From assembly GCA_030390025.1 (NCBI GenBank), contig CM059432.1, forward strand, positions 102,054,001 to 102,118,000: 64,000 nt of DNA. Direction: 5' to 3'. Origin of the DNA: Squalus acanthias (lineage: Eukaryota). Of the stretch, positions 1-13,489 are shown piece by piece (the stretch's first letter is position 1; every line of letters starts with the position of its first letter). A model generated the notes under the pieces. It was not told the DNA's origin. It worked only from the letters and a program-made list of their open reading frames with translations, and ran no database searches. A program made the translations under genes and the position numbers.

Positions 1-92
1 CCTCATAGAGCAGCACATCACCAGCCATCAAATGGAGTTCAGAATCTGCATTGCTCCATCACATGATCATGGACTACATTTACTGCACCTTG

Positions 93-928
93 GGGGGCGA
101 TTTTGCCAGCCCAGGGGAGGCGGGTAAGGAGGCGGGACTGCCGGGAGAATGGCAGAATCTGAGGGTGGGTACCCATCCCGCCCCCAACCTGCCTCCGTGC
201 CATCTTCCCAGGAGGCGGGTACCCGACCTGTGCCGGGTCCCATCTCCTCGAGGCGGGAAGGGGATTAGTGCCAATTAACTACCTGTTAACAGGTAGTTAA
301 CAGGCAGTTTTTTGGAGAATCCCTATTTTCAGCCCTGAAGTGTGGGTTTCCCAACGACTCCGAACCTCGCCAGGGTCAGCGAGGCGGGCCGTCAGTCTGT
401 GGGGGTCGGAGGGGCCGAGATGTCCGGTGTACAGGTGAGTGATGAGTGCAAGTGTGGAGAGGTAAGTGTGTGAGGTGAGTGTTTTAATAAGTTTTACTTA
501 CCTTTACTTCTTCCTGCAGGCTTCATCCCTTCAGGTCTCGGGAGTCCCTCAGCTCACCGGCACAGAAAGCAGAATGGCCGCTGAACTGTCAAAAGCTGCA
601 GCCTTCTGCTTTCTGCTCAGGAGAGCTCTCTAACTGAACCTGAGTGAAAGGACTCGAGTTCGAGGCCAGATTGTCCGTGTTTGACAGCTTCACAGAGCCG
701 TCAAACGCTGACATTTCATCTGTCAAAAGCTCTTGACAGATGAAACGTTACTTGCTGACGTCACCTGTAACCGGCTTTTCCCTTAATTGGCCTGCTAAGC
801 CCAGCGGGCTTAATAAGGTCAATCAAGGGAAAATAGCGTGGGCTGGCCACAAGTCGATGGAGGCGGGACTAAAACCCGACAAGTGGGAGTCCCGCCTCCA
901 AAAGCTCCCCATTGAGAAAATCCAGCCC
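93..928 (+). mobile_element. Harbinger/PIF-type non-autonomous DNA element (MITE family A, copy 1)
   Basis: Imperfect TIRs GGGGGCGATTTT / AAAATCCAGCCC and a 3-bp TSD TTG (90-92, 929-931). An inverted copy lies at 53676-54512. Confidence 0.8.
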
Positions 929-1284
929 TTGGTTTCCACTGAATTTTGACAGCCAATGTTTTTCTCCATTTAGCCTTTATAATTTTTTTATTTTACTCAT
1001 TTGAAATGGCCTTTAGAAAGCCTTTCAAAAATTCCTGTCATCTGTACAAAGGCTGTACAAATTTCTGTCCCCGTATATCCAGCTGTGACAAAAATGAAGC
1101 AATTCTGTCTAATATTTAACTTGGCATTGGCTTATTAATTCTGTCACTGTACTTAAAGATCAGCTTCCCTCACAGAATCATATCATAGTTTCACTCAATA
1201 CAATGTTGCAACAATTTATCAGTTGTTTTCCATGCAGTTAGTTGAGGAAGGATTCAAGCCACTCAATTCAACTACAAAAATATT

Positions 1285-2049
1285 GGGCCGTATTTTCCGA
1301 TCCCTACAGGTGTGTACGAGCTGTGTAAACACCCGTCAGGACCTCGCAAGTGTCGGTTTCAGGCATGTGAAGCGCATGCGCTGAAAACCGGCACTTCCGA
1401 TCTGTCAAGAATCCTGCTGACAGATCCTCCGCCTGCCCGGGAGAAGGGCCTCTGTGGGCAGAGTGTTCCGCTTTCTGCACAACCTCCGCCCGCTGAAAAC
1501 CCTTAAAAATCTTACGCCTGGTAAAAGCAGTGTAAGGCCTGCTTTTACCAGCATAAGAGTTTAAAAAAGTAAAAAAATGATGTTTTCCCACTCATTTATA
1601 ATTTTAAAATACTTTTAAAAAAGGTAAGTTTATTTTTAGCCCTGTAAAAAACTTTAATTCTTTTTCAAAAAATTAATTTTCATTTATAATATTTAATTTA
1701 ATGTAATTTTAACTAATTTTAAAAACGTGATTTAAAAAAAATGTATTTAATGTTTTGATGTGTTTTTTGAGTGATCCCCATTCATACTTTTGACAGGTCT
1801 AAGCTGAGAGATCTGTCAAAAGTATGAAGGGGGATTCCCTGCTTCCATTGGTTCCCCATGGCCCACGTGATCCCAGGGATGCTTGCGAACTGCCTGCGCC
1901 CCTGGGATATCCGGGCCCTGCGCATTTCGTAGAGCAGAGGCCCAGGAGCGGAAATGTCTGGACCTCCAGAGCCCTCAGATAAGGGCGTAGATTTTTTCCA
2001 GATCAGAGGCCTCCACACACAGGAAGCCTCCGATCGGAAAATACGGGCC
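1285..2049 (+). mobile_element. Harbinger-type MITE family B, copy 1
   Basis: TIRs GGGCCGTATTTTCCGATC / GATCGGAAAATACGGGCC and TSD ATT. GC-rich arms with an AT-rich centre. A second copy lies at 7059-7714. Confidence 0.85.
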
Positions 2050-2401
2050 ATTATGATTGGTTCAGATACACATTCTGACTGGCACATTTCTGAATTTACA
2101 GATAATTATTATAATTCTGCTTAGCTCGGATTTCAGAGGAACTTCTTTTGCTCTCGGGATGTGACCGGTAACTTCCATAGTTGATGAGAAAAGAATTAAA
2201 ATAAAACTTTTAAAAAGTAATTCTAGTCATCAGTTTTAGTACTCGAATTACAACCTGATATATTTCACTATAGGAGGATCTAATCAAGTTTAATGACTAT
2301 ATTAATGTTTCTGCTGTTATTTGTTTGTTCATTTACTGTTTTAATAAATTTCTTTATCATTTAAACCCAAAATAATATCTAATTTAATGTTTTTTCACCA
2401 C

Positions 2402-2504
2402 CTTTCACGATATTGAAGATCTTGAAGGCAGGGGATAGAACCAATCGCTGAAGTAATCTCAATAAAGGTTTTCTGTTCTTTATCCTGGGTGCACAACATT
2501 TCAC
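2402..2504 (-). CDS. Candidate internal exon of an unidentified host gene
   Basis: Minus-strand acceptor ...TAATATCTAG| and donor |GTGGTG. Two frames are open (VKCCAPRIKNRKPLLRLLQRLVLSPAFKIFNIVK or EMLCTQDKEQKTFIEITSAIGSIPCLQDLQYRE). No homology recognised. Confidence 0.25.
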
Positions 2505-2950
2505 CTAGATATTAAGGCAAATGTGAACACTTTCAAGGACATAAGGAGAGTAGTCTTAAAAACACATAAGCTAAAAATATCTCGAGTAAAAAGGGTCATG
2601 AGCTGAACAATATAACAGCTGCCAATTATTTTAAATAATTCCTTTTAAGTTCACCACAATGCAATGTTAGCAGGCCTTTAAGAGCTGCTGGCCTACATTT
2701 TACTCCTCTACCACCGCCACCCCGCACCCTCCCGCCCCAGCCACATGCTGTGGGAAGACCTAATATGGGGCAAGACCTTGCCTGCATAGATTTAAATAAC
2801 TAAAATCAGCCAAACATAGATTGTCATAAAGTCAATCTGCAAACAAAGTGGCAGGATTAAAGTCTGTGCACTTGGCTCCTATCACTTGAATGCCAGGACC
2901 GGTAAAATCTATGACAATACGGTAAAGATGCCTTTCTAAGGCAGATACCA

Positions 2951-3132
2951 AAGCCCTGATTTAACCTAACCCACCCAGCGAGAATGCACTTTTGGGTCGG
3001 ATGGCTGATTTACACCCTGCCGATTTTCGGCTCCAAGTCAATGGACTGTAAAATTGGGCAGGGTGTAAATCGGGCATCCGACTCAAACCTGCCTAAATCT
3101 CGCTGGACGTGTTAGGTTAAAAATCAGGGCTT
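2951..3132. mobile_element. Short, almost fully palindromic MITE
   Basis: AAGCCCTGATTTAACCTAAC pairs with GTTAGGTTAAAAATCAGGGCTT, and inner TTTACACCCTGCC pairs with GGCAGGGTGTAAA. A degraded relative lies at ~34565-34717. Confidence 0.75.
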
Positions 3133-4102
3133 GCTACTTTGCTCCATATATAACAGAACATGAAAGTGTTACTTACTTTAATTATCATATGACCGTCAAT
3201 AAATAAAATGAAATTTCTAAAAATGTTTTGACTTAATTTTGATATCTGCTATATATATTATATGTTACATTCTTGAATAATTACAATCCAATATTTTGAA
3301 AATTTCAGTATATGTAACACAGGAAACAATGGGTAAGACATTGGTGTTGAGTATATGCAGAAATAATTTCAAAGCAACCTATGTTCAAGTGACCAGGATT
3401 CTACATAAATTTATAAAAAAATTATGGAAGAATGCAGCAAATGTTCTTTTCAGTGATTTAATCAGATTTTGAAAATTCTATTTTGCTGTTCCAGGCAAAT
3501 CAGGTAAACAATATGAACAGCTTTACAGGTCAATACAAGAATGGGAGAAATGCATTCTTGTTTACAAATTTGCAAAGTGCAGAAAATAGAACTAATTAAT
3601 AAAACTAAAAAGGATATTTTTTGTAATATTTATGGACTTGATCAAAATCTTTCACTATTTCAATCTAATTTCCATTCAATTTATATACCTACAAACAGTG
3701 AGAGGTATTCTGGATCATTAGTATTTTGAGCTAGTTGTGGAAGTTGTGTGATAGAATGGCTTTCTGCTTTACTGGGACTTTTTGTCAGTGTTGGGCTGCT
3801 GAAAAACACTACAGTTGTGGAAAAGAGATGATGAAAAATACAACAAATGCAAAAAAAAACACAAGTCTAATCTTCCAAAGATCTGTAAATACTTTTATAC
3901 ACCCGCAAAATTTGGATATCTGTGGACTTGTATTCCCAATGGCTACTACGACAACAAAATGTTTAAAGAGCCTGAAACAGTTTAAAATGTATTATTGCAC
4001 AGCTAAATCTGCCCAGTTCCCCACACTCAAGCAATCCGATGTAGTTTTGTCAGTGACAATCTGCAAGCCATTGGAATTTGATATTTGCACAATGCAACTA
4101 CT

Positions 4103-4620
4103 AGGGGGAGAAATTCGGTATAGCCCCGTTTGGGGCGTTAAATCTTTGAAAGTTGAAAAATTAGCACCAGGCACTAATCATTCCTGCCTCCTGCAAAATT
4201 CAGTTTTTGTGCTCCTAGAGGGAAGCGGAGCGCTAAATCAAGCGCTAACCACTTCTATTAGGGCACTAAAGTCCGAGATCGGGGCGGTAGCGGCAGAGCG
4301 CTAAACAATTTCGAGCGCGTTGTAACCGGCACTCTTTCATCACAGAGGCTGCTTCCCTCGTTTAAAGGGAAGGCCAATGATGCTGCACAAGCTAGCTGTC
4401 GTCAGTTCTGTTTTGCAAGGCGACCTGGACAACTGCCATTACAGCCCCAAACACTCCCACAAAGCAGAGGGCTTGGACATCTTGCATCAATGAAACATTA
4501 AAAATTTTGCGCAGGCACCAGACTGGTGCAAGTAATAAAGGTTGCGCTAGCTGAAAAGCATTCCCTTTAATTACCACTTCTGAAGCGGCCAGCTGAGTTC
4601 ACAATGCCTCCTCTAGCTGG
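4103..4620 (+). mobile_element. Left arm of a Harbinger-type element (family C), truncated
   Basis: Starts GGGGGAGAAATTCGGTATAGCCCC, like the left end at 52036. Shares GGAGCGCTAAATCA and TTAAAGGG motifs with 30400-30530. No right TIR seen. Confidence 0.6.
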
Positions 4621-5331
4621 TGTTGTCATAAGCTTTGTAAATATTCCTCTCTTCCTTAACCTTCCTTCTAATATCCTTGTTGATACAATTTAATACCTAT
4701 TTTATTTACTTTGCCTCTGCTGCACTTAGGTATCTATTCGTCCTGTAGCCCCATTTAGCATTTTGAAGGACAACCATTTATACGCTACAGATTTATCTCT
4801 AAGTAATAACCCTCTCCCAGGCTATGTTAACTGTTGCGAATGTATTCATCACTTCGAGATATTATGCCTGAATCCAAACAAATCGTTGTCTACTGATCAA
4901 AAGTGTGATCCCTGAATTCATTTTTATTTACTTCCTTCACCCAAATATACCAAAGTCAATTGCATCTCCCTAACATCATCATCCGAGACGATATAAGCTA
5001 ATTGGCTGTATCTATATAACCAACGAGGAACAAAATGGTTTGCAGAACTAGGAGTTTATATCCCATTAATTTATAATGGGAAGTACCATGTGAATGAGAC
5101 CACAATTTCTAAATTCATTTCTATCAAATCATTGCAGCTTTTATTGTCAATGTTCAAATGGCTGCCTACTTTCCAAAATCTGCATCTAAAATTGCAATTG
5201 AGAACTTGTACATTGAGACCAAATAATTATTTTCCCAATGGAGGTTTTTTCAATCACTGAGTCACATAAAAATGCTTTTACCTTTATGGTCCAGACATTA
5301 TTGTTGGGGATATGAACAGATAAACACTTAC

Positions 5332-5426
5332 TGTATCTGTGTGACATTCCTCTTTGAGTGGAGCAGACAAAGGAATATCACGTAATGCATTAAGTATTCC
5401 TCTGCTAATATCATCAACAGTCATTT
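5332..5426 (-). CDS. Candidate 95-nt internal exon of an unidentified host gene
   Basis: Acceptor TCTTTAACCAAATCTTTCGGTCTAG| and consensus donor |GTAAGT. Only one frame is open: MTVDDISRGILNALRDIPLSAPLKEECHTDT. Confidence 0.4.
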
Positions 5427-5764
5427 CTAGACCGAAAGATTTGGTTAAAGATTTAGCATAAAATTATTGGGCACTAATGGTCCAAACTGTTTCATATAAC
5501 TTTCAATTGGTGGACTAAACGATTAATACATTCTTATCAAATTTATCTGCCTATTTTTTTAAAGAAGATGTTAGTTTGATTATTTTAAAGTAGTTGGGAA
5601 AACAATTTTTATAATATTGCACAGCATAATGTCCAGGTTACATGTTCTTGAACATTTTCACTCATCTTTCTAACTTTATGCCTTTATAATTAAAAAAAAA
5701 CTGTAGATCACTTAGTAATATGCTACAAAAAAACAGGTAGATCTGCTGCAGAAGCTACCTCCTC

Positions 5765-6200
5765 TGTGGCTCAGTGGTAGCACTCTTGCCTCCGAGGCAG
5801 AAGATTGTAGGTTCAGGACCCACTCCAGAGACTTGATCACATAATCTAGGCTGACACTTCAGTACAGTACCAAGGGAGTGCTGCACTATTGGAGGTGCCA
5901 CCTTTCAGAAGATACGTTAAACTGAGGCCCCATCTGCCCTCTCAGGTGGATGTAAAAGATCTCATGGCACTATTTCGAAGAAGAGCAGGGGAGTTGTCCC
6001 TGATGTTCTGGCCAATATTTACCCTGAACCAACATCACTGAAAAAACAGATTATCTGGTCATTTATTTCATTGCTGTTTGTGGGACGTTGCTGTGTGCAA
6101 ACTGGCTGCCATAATTCCTATCATTACTACAATGACTAGACTTCAAAAGTACTTCTTTGGGATATCCTGTGGTTGCGAAAGGCGCTATATAAATGCAAGT
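5765..6200 (+). mobile_element. tRNA-derived Deu-domain SINE (SacSINE1-like), near full length
   Basis: A box TGGCTCAGTGG, B-box-like GGTTCAGGACC, central GGATGTAAAAGATC...GAAGAGCAGGGGAGTT core, and L2-type tail AAGGCGCTATATAAATGCAAG. Confidence 0.85.
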
Positions 6201-7058
6201 ACTTTTGTTCTTTTAAAGGATCTCTGTATTCCTGAAAAATGCTTGATAAACTATTTTCATGTTTATAAGTACTTAATCCATTGAAATAAATCATATGAAA
6301 GCACATCATCACTTTACTTCTGTGTAATATTTCTGTAACAGGCAGGTGATCGGCTCCACTAGTTTACTTCGAAAGATGAAGGTGAAAATTATCCCCACTG
6401 TCTTTTCTTTCGTCCCCTCGAACAATGAAAATATTTCCAAACATTTTTTTGTGAAGACAACACCTAACTTGACCAGTTCATCCAAGTTATTCTTCTCATC
6501 TACACATGACAAAGCTCATGAAAGCGTATTGATGATTATATAATCCCAAGGTGCTCTTGGGATTATATTGGACACTAGCATAGCAGTGCTGCAAAATAAA
6601 AACATACAAGTACTAAATCAATTAATTCAGCTACCTGGGGCATGGGCTGAATGCCATGAGAGAAAAGATTAAGCAGATTAATATTCATAGTGGCATGTAA
6701 AGGTTATTTGCTCCTGACCCCCTACCCTTACAAGGTTTAAAACAAGCAAGAGCTGTGAAGCACCCAGTCACAGATATCACAGGCTATAATCTAATTTGTT
6801 TGACAAAGCAGAATCTTGCAGCAGAAAATTACCACTATACCGCAACAGCTCCTGGTGCCCAGCAGGATGTCACATGAAAACAATATCCTTAATTTAATTT
6901 AGAATAACAGTACTGGTGCACGCAATTTTAATTCACATCGGCATGAAAATAACATGTAGATACTTTCCCCAAATGAAACAGCTGCAATTGTTTCTTCAAC
7001 AGGCTGAAGCTTGCAGATTCTGGAGCTACTCTACATAAAATATAAAATAAGACATATA

Positions 7059-7714
7059 GGGCCGGATATTCCGATCCCTACAGGTGGGTACGCGCTGTGT
7101 ACCGCATGCGCTGAAAACCAACATTTCCGATCTGTCAAGAATGCTCTTGACAGATCGGACGCCTGCCCTGGAGAAGGGCCTCTGTGGGCGGATAGTTCCG
7201 TTTTCTGGAGATCCTCCACCCGCAGAAAACCCTTAGAATTCTTACGCCTGGTAAAAGCAGGCATAAGGCCTGCTTTTACCAGGATAAGAGTTGAAAAAAA
7301 GTATCATTTAAAAATACTTTAAAAAGGTAAGTTTATTTTTAGCCCCGTAAAAAACTTTAATTATTTTTTCCAAAAAATTACATTTTTGTTTAAAATATTT
7401 AATTTATTGTAATTTCAACTAATTTAAAAATGGTGATTTAAAAAAAATATATTTATTGTTTTGAAGTATTTTTGGGATGATCTCCATTCATATATTTGAC
7501 AGGTCTATCTGTCAAGTGTATGAAGGGAGATCCCCTTCTTTGATTGGCTCCCCATGGCCCACGTGATCCCAGGGACGCTGCGAACCGCACTTGGAGTTGG
7601 AGAGGCCCAGCATCTGAACTATACGCACCTCGGGAGCCCTCAGGTAAGTGCGTAGATTTTTTCCAGATCGGAGGCCTCCGCACGTGGGAAGCCTCCGATT
7701 GGAAAATACGGCCC
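7059..7714 (+). mobile_element. Harbinger-type MITE family B, copy 2
   Basis: Colinear with 1285-2049 apart from internal deletions. TIRs GGGCCGGATATTCC / GGAAAATACGGCCC. Confidence 0.85.
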
Positions 7715-7880
7715 ATTATTGACCAAGTGCACAGTTTTGCAAATGGTAGTCGAGTCTGGCCATGATCCTTACTTAAGATCGTACTATTATGCACCTCTGT
7801 TAGTGTGTTCTTAAATAAGGATCATGGACTCAATCCTATTTTAACTCAGTACTACCCAATAGATTTTCTATTGAAACATA

Positions 7881-8262
7881 GGGCTGATTTGAACTCAGGG
7901 CGGAAATCAGAGATACGGGGGTCGAAGCAGGTGGCAAACTGTTGGGCTGCCGGAGTGTGAGGCCCAGGAGATTTAACTTCAGGGGGTCAGCCGGAGCACT
8001 CCTGCCAGGGACCATGCGGGCCTTCGTCAGATCCAGGGTTAAAATGGCGTGTGTGTCCCAATGATGTCACTGGGACGCAGCGCTGTCTTTTAAATTTGGC
8101 CCCTGCTCCTCTGGGACAGGAGACCTTCCCATGCCTGAATTCAGGCAAGTAAAAATGGCGAGGAAGTGGGAACGCATTGGGAATGCAGTGCAAACCTCCC
8201 GGTATCATACCTCCTCGCCCACACCATTCCTGCCGGTCGAGTAAGGGGGTTCAAATCGGCCC
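7881..8262. mobile_element. Harbinger-type MITE
   Basis: TIRs GGGCTGATTTGAAC / GTTCAAATCGGCCC with a GC-rich interior in AT-rich flanks. Confidence 0.7.
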
Positions 8263-9384
8263 TAATTTTTTCTTACAAATAAGGTAGAATCAGTATTCAT
8301 AAGAAAACAATGACAGTGGGCCAAATCTTCCCGAAAACAAAATCGGCCAGCAAGTTCAGGGGATGCAGTTACACTGTGTGTGGCGAATCTCCAGAACTCG
8401 CTGGTCGATTTACGCCACTCCACCATTTGTTTCACAGAAACATCGGCCAGAATTTTCATTACCAGGATGGATCGGGTGTGGGCAGTTGGTGTGGCAGCTT
8501 GGAACCCCGTTCTTCTTTTCATCCCGCTCCTCAGAGCGACTTTCTGTTAATGGCGCCTATTAAGGCAGGCCTGCGCATTACCCGGCCCTATCAAATGGTG
8601 CAGGTCTGATGGAGATGCAATACCAATCAATCTCCCTGGTCCAAAATGGAAACAATTAAAACTAGTCAGTCTCATTCCTACATGTATTACATGCTTCTTA
8701 GAAGCTTAAAAAATTTCAAAAATTAAATTTTACATGTTTTCATTTTTTTCTTATTTTTCCTTTCTGTCTCTTTATTCTGTTTCTCTTAATCCAATCTTTC
8801 TTTCCCTTTATTTCTCTTTCTGTACCTGAATTGACTCTAATTTACCATCCTTCTCAGTAGTTCCTTTGGTTCTTTTGCAATCCTTCAATCTCATTAGTTA
8901 AGGAAACAGATTAATGGTCCCACCGTTCACTAAGACCCCAGATGCCCCGATGCACTCACAACAATGTTATCAGCTCACACTTCCAGCAAGCTATGGCATA
9001 AAAAATTTGAGCTGAAGTGTGTGTGGAAAAGTCTAACTAACGAGGTACGCTACAAGATGCCCCACTCCAGCAATGAAATCAATTATTAATTGTGTTAATG
9101 GGTTGGTGATGTATACACTGTAGTGCCAAGGTGCAACAACATAAAGAAGAGGATATGGGATTGATCCCCTCACTCTACCAAGTTCCAAGTCTCTGTTGTG
9201 CTACACAGAAAGCCAATTCCCAACAGGGGCAAAGGTGGTAAAATCGAATGGCAAGTAGTGTCACTACTGGGCCACTGCTCACAAGATCATAAGATCAATA
9301 CAAATAAGGAAGGCTAGTCGGTTCATTTGAATTCATTAACCAGAAAGATTGTCTAGTTCCCCCATTGTTTTTGGGGTGTGTGCA

Positions 9385-9749
9385 ACACTGGCGAGGCTGT
9401 CAATCCCTAAATGATTCCAGGGATTTCACCTCCATCTACCCGGAGTCCATTCCATGCGTTGATTATTCTGTGTGAAGAAAAATTTACCGATATCAGCCCT
9501 AAGCATGCCTTTTACTCAGCTAAACCTGTGCCACCTTGTCTCACTCTTGTGGTTCAGTTTGAAGTAATTTCCCCATTTTACCTTTTCCATACCATTTACC
9601 ATTTTATATACCTTTATAAGATCACCTGTTAGTTGCCTCCTTTTGAAGCTGAAAATTTGTTGAGAAACATAGAAACATAGAAGATAGGAGCAGGAGTAGG
9701 CCATTCGGCCCCTCGATCCTGCTCCGCCATTTAATGAGATCATGGCTGA
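9385..9749 (-). mobile_element. Old CR1 3' fragment plus a young CR1 3' tail (9664-9749)
   Basis: The minus-strand translation includes GDLIKVYKMVNGMEKV. The tail has the GAGGGGCCGAATGGCCTACTCCTGCTCCT hairpin and (TTTCTATG)n. Confidence 0.75.
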
Positions 9750-11079
9750 GCACTATTTTCATCTTCTTAAGCAGTAATCGTAAGCAGCAGAGGTTGGGAA
9801 ATCTGACATAAATCAATTTCACCAGATGCCTGCTGCTTTTGGTACCCACTCTATCTTCTAGTCTTGTTTAGGGCTAGCAACTGAGCTTCATTAGCCAATA
9901 TAAAATGGGAGTGGTGAAGGGTACATTGCCAATTTTCAGCCCACAGAAGTGCTGGATATTAAGTCCACAGCACACCCATGAAAACCTAGTAGAAAGGAGG
10001 ACTTGGTTGGATGTGCAGGCATGAGCGCCTTTACAAGTCCCACAGACTTGGATTAGGAACGTATGCCAGTTGGTGTTATTTATTTTTGTCCTGCGCTTCC
10101 TTTATTGGCACCAAAGGGTTCACATATAGGGATCCTCCATGTTGACATGTCATTTCTGTGAGCCCTGAAAAGCCTGCCTGGGAATAACAATGGAAGTCTA
10201 CCTTCCCAGAGTTCAGATCATCAGAGGGGTAGATGCCAAGCTGTTCCATGTGTTGTGAGTCACATGCAGCTACAATGCCGCATAGAGCTTGCACATGTGC
10301 ACGGAGAGTATTGGTCAGCTGTGGCCAAATACCTGTCTGCACTAACTTTCAGGCATGCTTCAGTGCTAATTTATGTGATGGTTCAGTGGAATGGCAGAGG
10401 AAAACCCTCCTTGCAAGCATCTCATGCAGCACAACCTCAAGTTCAACAGCCGAAGAGGAGGTCAGGTGCGGGACTGTGCTATCACTTGTGGACAAACGCA
10501 TGCCGCACCGAAGGGATCTTTTTCGCTTCATTCTGGCATTCCCACTTTTTATATCTCTGCTCCTTCAGTCTCAACAAAGTTATGTTGATGGGTCAAGATG
10601 CTTCTTAATGTTCTCCAGAGCTTTCAAAATGTTTGATTCCCTCCTTGTGACATTCCCTTTTTAAATGCCCCCATTCCTTTAAATGAGCCTTGTGCAGAAG
10701 TTTCCTCTCCTACCAGTAATGACTTCCTTAGATCCACCTGAGTTTGCATCTGGAGTTGTGAATAATTATACAAATGAGGTTAAACGAGAAAATTGAACGC
10801 TATTAGCATTTGACATTCAGGCAAGTCTTAAAGCAATGTTAAAATTGGAGTAAATTTGCACCAGAACATGAAAACTGTCCCCAAGTTCTCCAGTCTTTTG
10901 ATGTTGAGGAATAAACCTGCCTTTCTTCGCTCTCAGCCAGCCCGAGTCTTGCCCTCTGTATCAGAGGTGAAACCCAGTGAGGTTCCACAGAATTTCTGCT
11001 GCACCCTGCGCGCATGAGCACTAGACAATTCTGATGGGGGTCCCCTATTTGGCTGGGGCTACTGGGCATGGGCCCTGTA

Positions 11080-11260
11080 TCCTGTGCATTAATCTGCTCC
11101 TTTGGACAGAGCACTGTATAGTTTCAGGATGACTTTCTGTGACTGCTTTGACAATAGGGCTCAGCATTCTGTTTGTTCTGCTGATTGCTGCTCTGCAGTG
11201 TTTGGAAATATCGAGCATGGAGCCTTGGGGAGTGCAGCAGAATCCCCATTTACACAAGGA
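11080..11260 (-). mobile_element. Highly decayed CR1 RT fragment
   Basis: SKHCRAAISRTNRML resembles the CR1 ORF2 segment QQAIRKANGML. Confidence 0.4.
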
Positions 11261-13489
11261 AAGCGGGCAGAGTCATGGTGGCAGGATGCAAGCAGCTCGG
11301 AAGAAATTCCTGGCGCGGGTCTCTTTCAACTTCAGCCTGGGGTACCTTACTCAGCACTTTTCCCCCATCTTGACATAACTCTTTCAGTACCCTCTGTGTT
11401 GTGTGTCTCTGAGTGGTTGGCTAAAGGGTGACATTGGAAGCAGGCCAACCATTCGAATCTCTTGAGCAGAGGGCAAAACCTATAAGGAAGGAAACATACA
11501 AAGGAAACCTGTATGCCTTTCAAAAGGAGGCTAACATCTAAATCAGGCAGAAAATTGCCAGCAAATTCTCCTGGTAAATACCTGTGGTCCAACAAGTTTT
11601 ATGTCAAATCTACAGTGTTCTATAAATTCTAGTGTTTCCCTTGACTTCCAATGCAGTCCGCTATGAACATCTTTAGACCCTCCATGAGTGTCACCATATA
11701 GAGTCGAGTCAAAATCAGTGTTTTTTTTTCTCTCCCTTCACACTTCTATCTTCATCTGCTAAAAATAGTTTCTATTCTCCCTCCACATGATGTATCTATC
11801 ACATTAGAAATTCTGACCCGCACTTCACAGGCCTAGTTTATGTTTTGCATTTAGAATTATGTTATTTTTCATGCAAATTTTTTTTTAACCAATTCCAGAC
11901 AGTTGGTACATCTCAGTGACCCTGCTACAATTTCCTGCTTCAACCACTTGAGCTACCACATTGTCACCACAACAATCCCGACTTTTAATAATAGGAAAGC
12001 TACAAGCACAGTAACTCTGCAGAAAAATAATGACATTTCACATGCTTCCAGCAATAATGGATGTCTTTGCAGCTTCTTAGCTCACACAGATAAATTACTT
12101 TTGTGTTCCCTGTAGCTTTTTAGTGTACATGCTGATAGGCCTGACTGTGATTACTGATTAACGGGCAAGCCAGGGTGGGGGGGGGTGGGGGGGGAGGGGT
12201 ATGGTAGCAGAGTGGTTATGGTAGGCCCAGGCAAAATGCTGCCCAAAATGCTGGCACCTGAATTTAGATCTATCCCAGACTAACAGCACAAGCAATTCCT
12301 TTCTCTGCTGGCTGTAGAATTTTTAAATTAAAAGACTTTGGTCACTCTGGACCTAGTTTTTTATGTCAGCACAAGTCTATAGCATCAAATGACAATAATG
12401 CAGTATAAATTGCCACTCCACTGAAGAAAGGCCACATGATTGGGCAATAAAAAATGCATTACACTAGTGCATTAAAGGATTGTCTTCTGAGATTAGAGTG
12501 AAGGTATATTGTTGGAAAATGAAAAGCTTTACTCTATGCTTGTCCTGGAAGTACGTGATGGTGACACTGATGGCTAAAGCGGGAATGACACTCAATACCT
12601 GAAACACAAGGATAAATAAATAAAACAGGGCCTAAACTCAATTGTTGAACAAAAATAAGTAAGTTCCTCATAACACAGATGTGCAAAATTCAGTCTTGAG
12701 TCTCTACTTGTCCAAAGAAACTTCTTAGCTGCTACTTAGTTTTGTCGTCTGTTCAGCTAGGTCATTAGGTACAGTCTTCTATAACTGATGGAAACGGACA
12801 CTCCATCTCTGAAGTAAATGCTCCTCCTTTGTGGCAGATTCATCAAACAGCACTGGTGACTGACGTCCCAGAGAAGAGTCAAAAGAATATTTGTCAATCC
12901 TTCTGGCTGATATGTGATGAAGAGTATCCTTAATAGGGAGAGATTGCTCTGCTCTGCCAAGAACAAGTGAAAGAAATAATTCCCAATTACAGGCTCTTCC
13001 AGAGACTACCGTGGGGCAGTTAGTCCATAATGCACAAGCGATTCTAAGATAATTTTGTGCTTCTCTAAAAATGTATTTGTTTAAAAAGATTAATATTCTT
13101 CTGTAGCAGATACACAATGAAATAAGAAAATACTGAAAGCCTGAGTGGTTCCTGACTAAGTAGATTAATTTTGTTGAATTAGTTAGAGATTTTATTGTAA
13201 CCTGGAAGGCTGACAGAAAAAAATCATGATACTGTTGAAAATCAGACTTTAAAAATCCATTTCATTCAATTAGCTAAATAATTAAATATATTCTGTAGGC
13301 ACCAAAAGGTAATTAAGGGCATTGGATCCAAATCAGGAACTCTTCATTTTCAAATTTAACAGGGGCTAAAATGAGTCATTCATGTTGGGCACTCAACAGA
13401 ATCTATTTCCTCCATCAAGTTAAAGACGTCAAAAATCTACATTTCTCCAGTAAAAAAAGCACCAGTTCCCTGAGCCTCTCTCATAGCCA

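Noticed and set aside
3495..3503. 9-nt plus-strand micro-exon (TTCCAG|GCAAATCAG|GTAAAC)
   Set aside because: It is plausible by chance, and no supporting plus-strand gene was identified.
3735..4304. 189-aa ORF as a gene
   Set aside because: It has a non-ATG start, runs from unique DNA into a MITE arm, and has no recognisable domain.
5765..5830. tRNA gene
   Set aside because: It is the head of a SINE. There is no complete cloverleaf, and it runs into the SINE core and tail.
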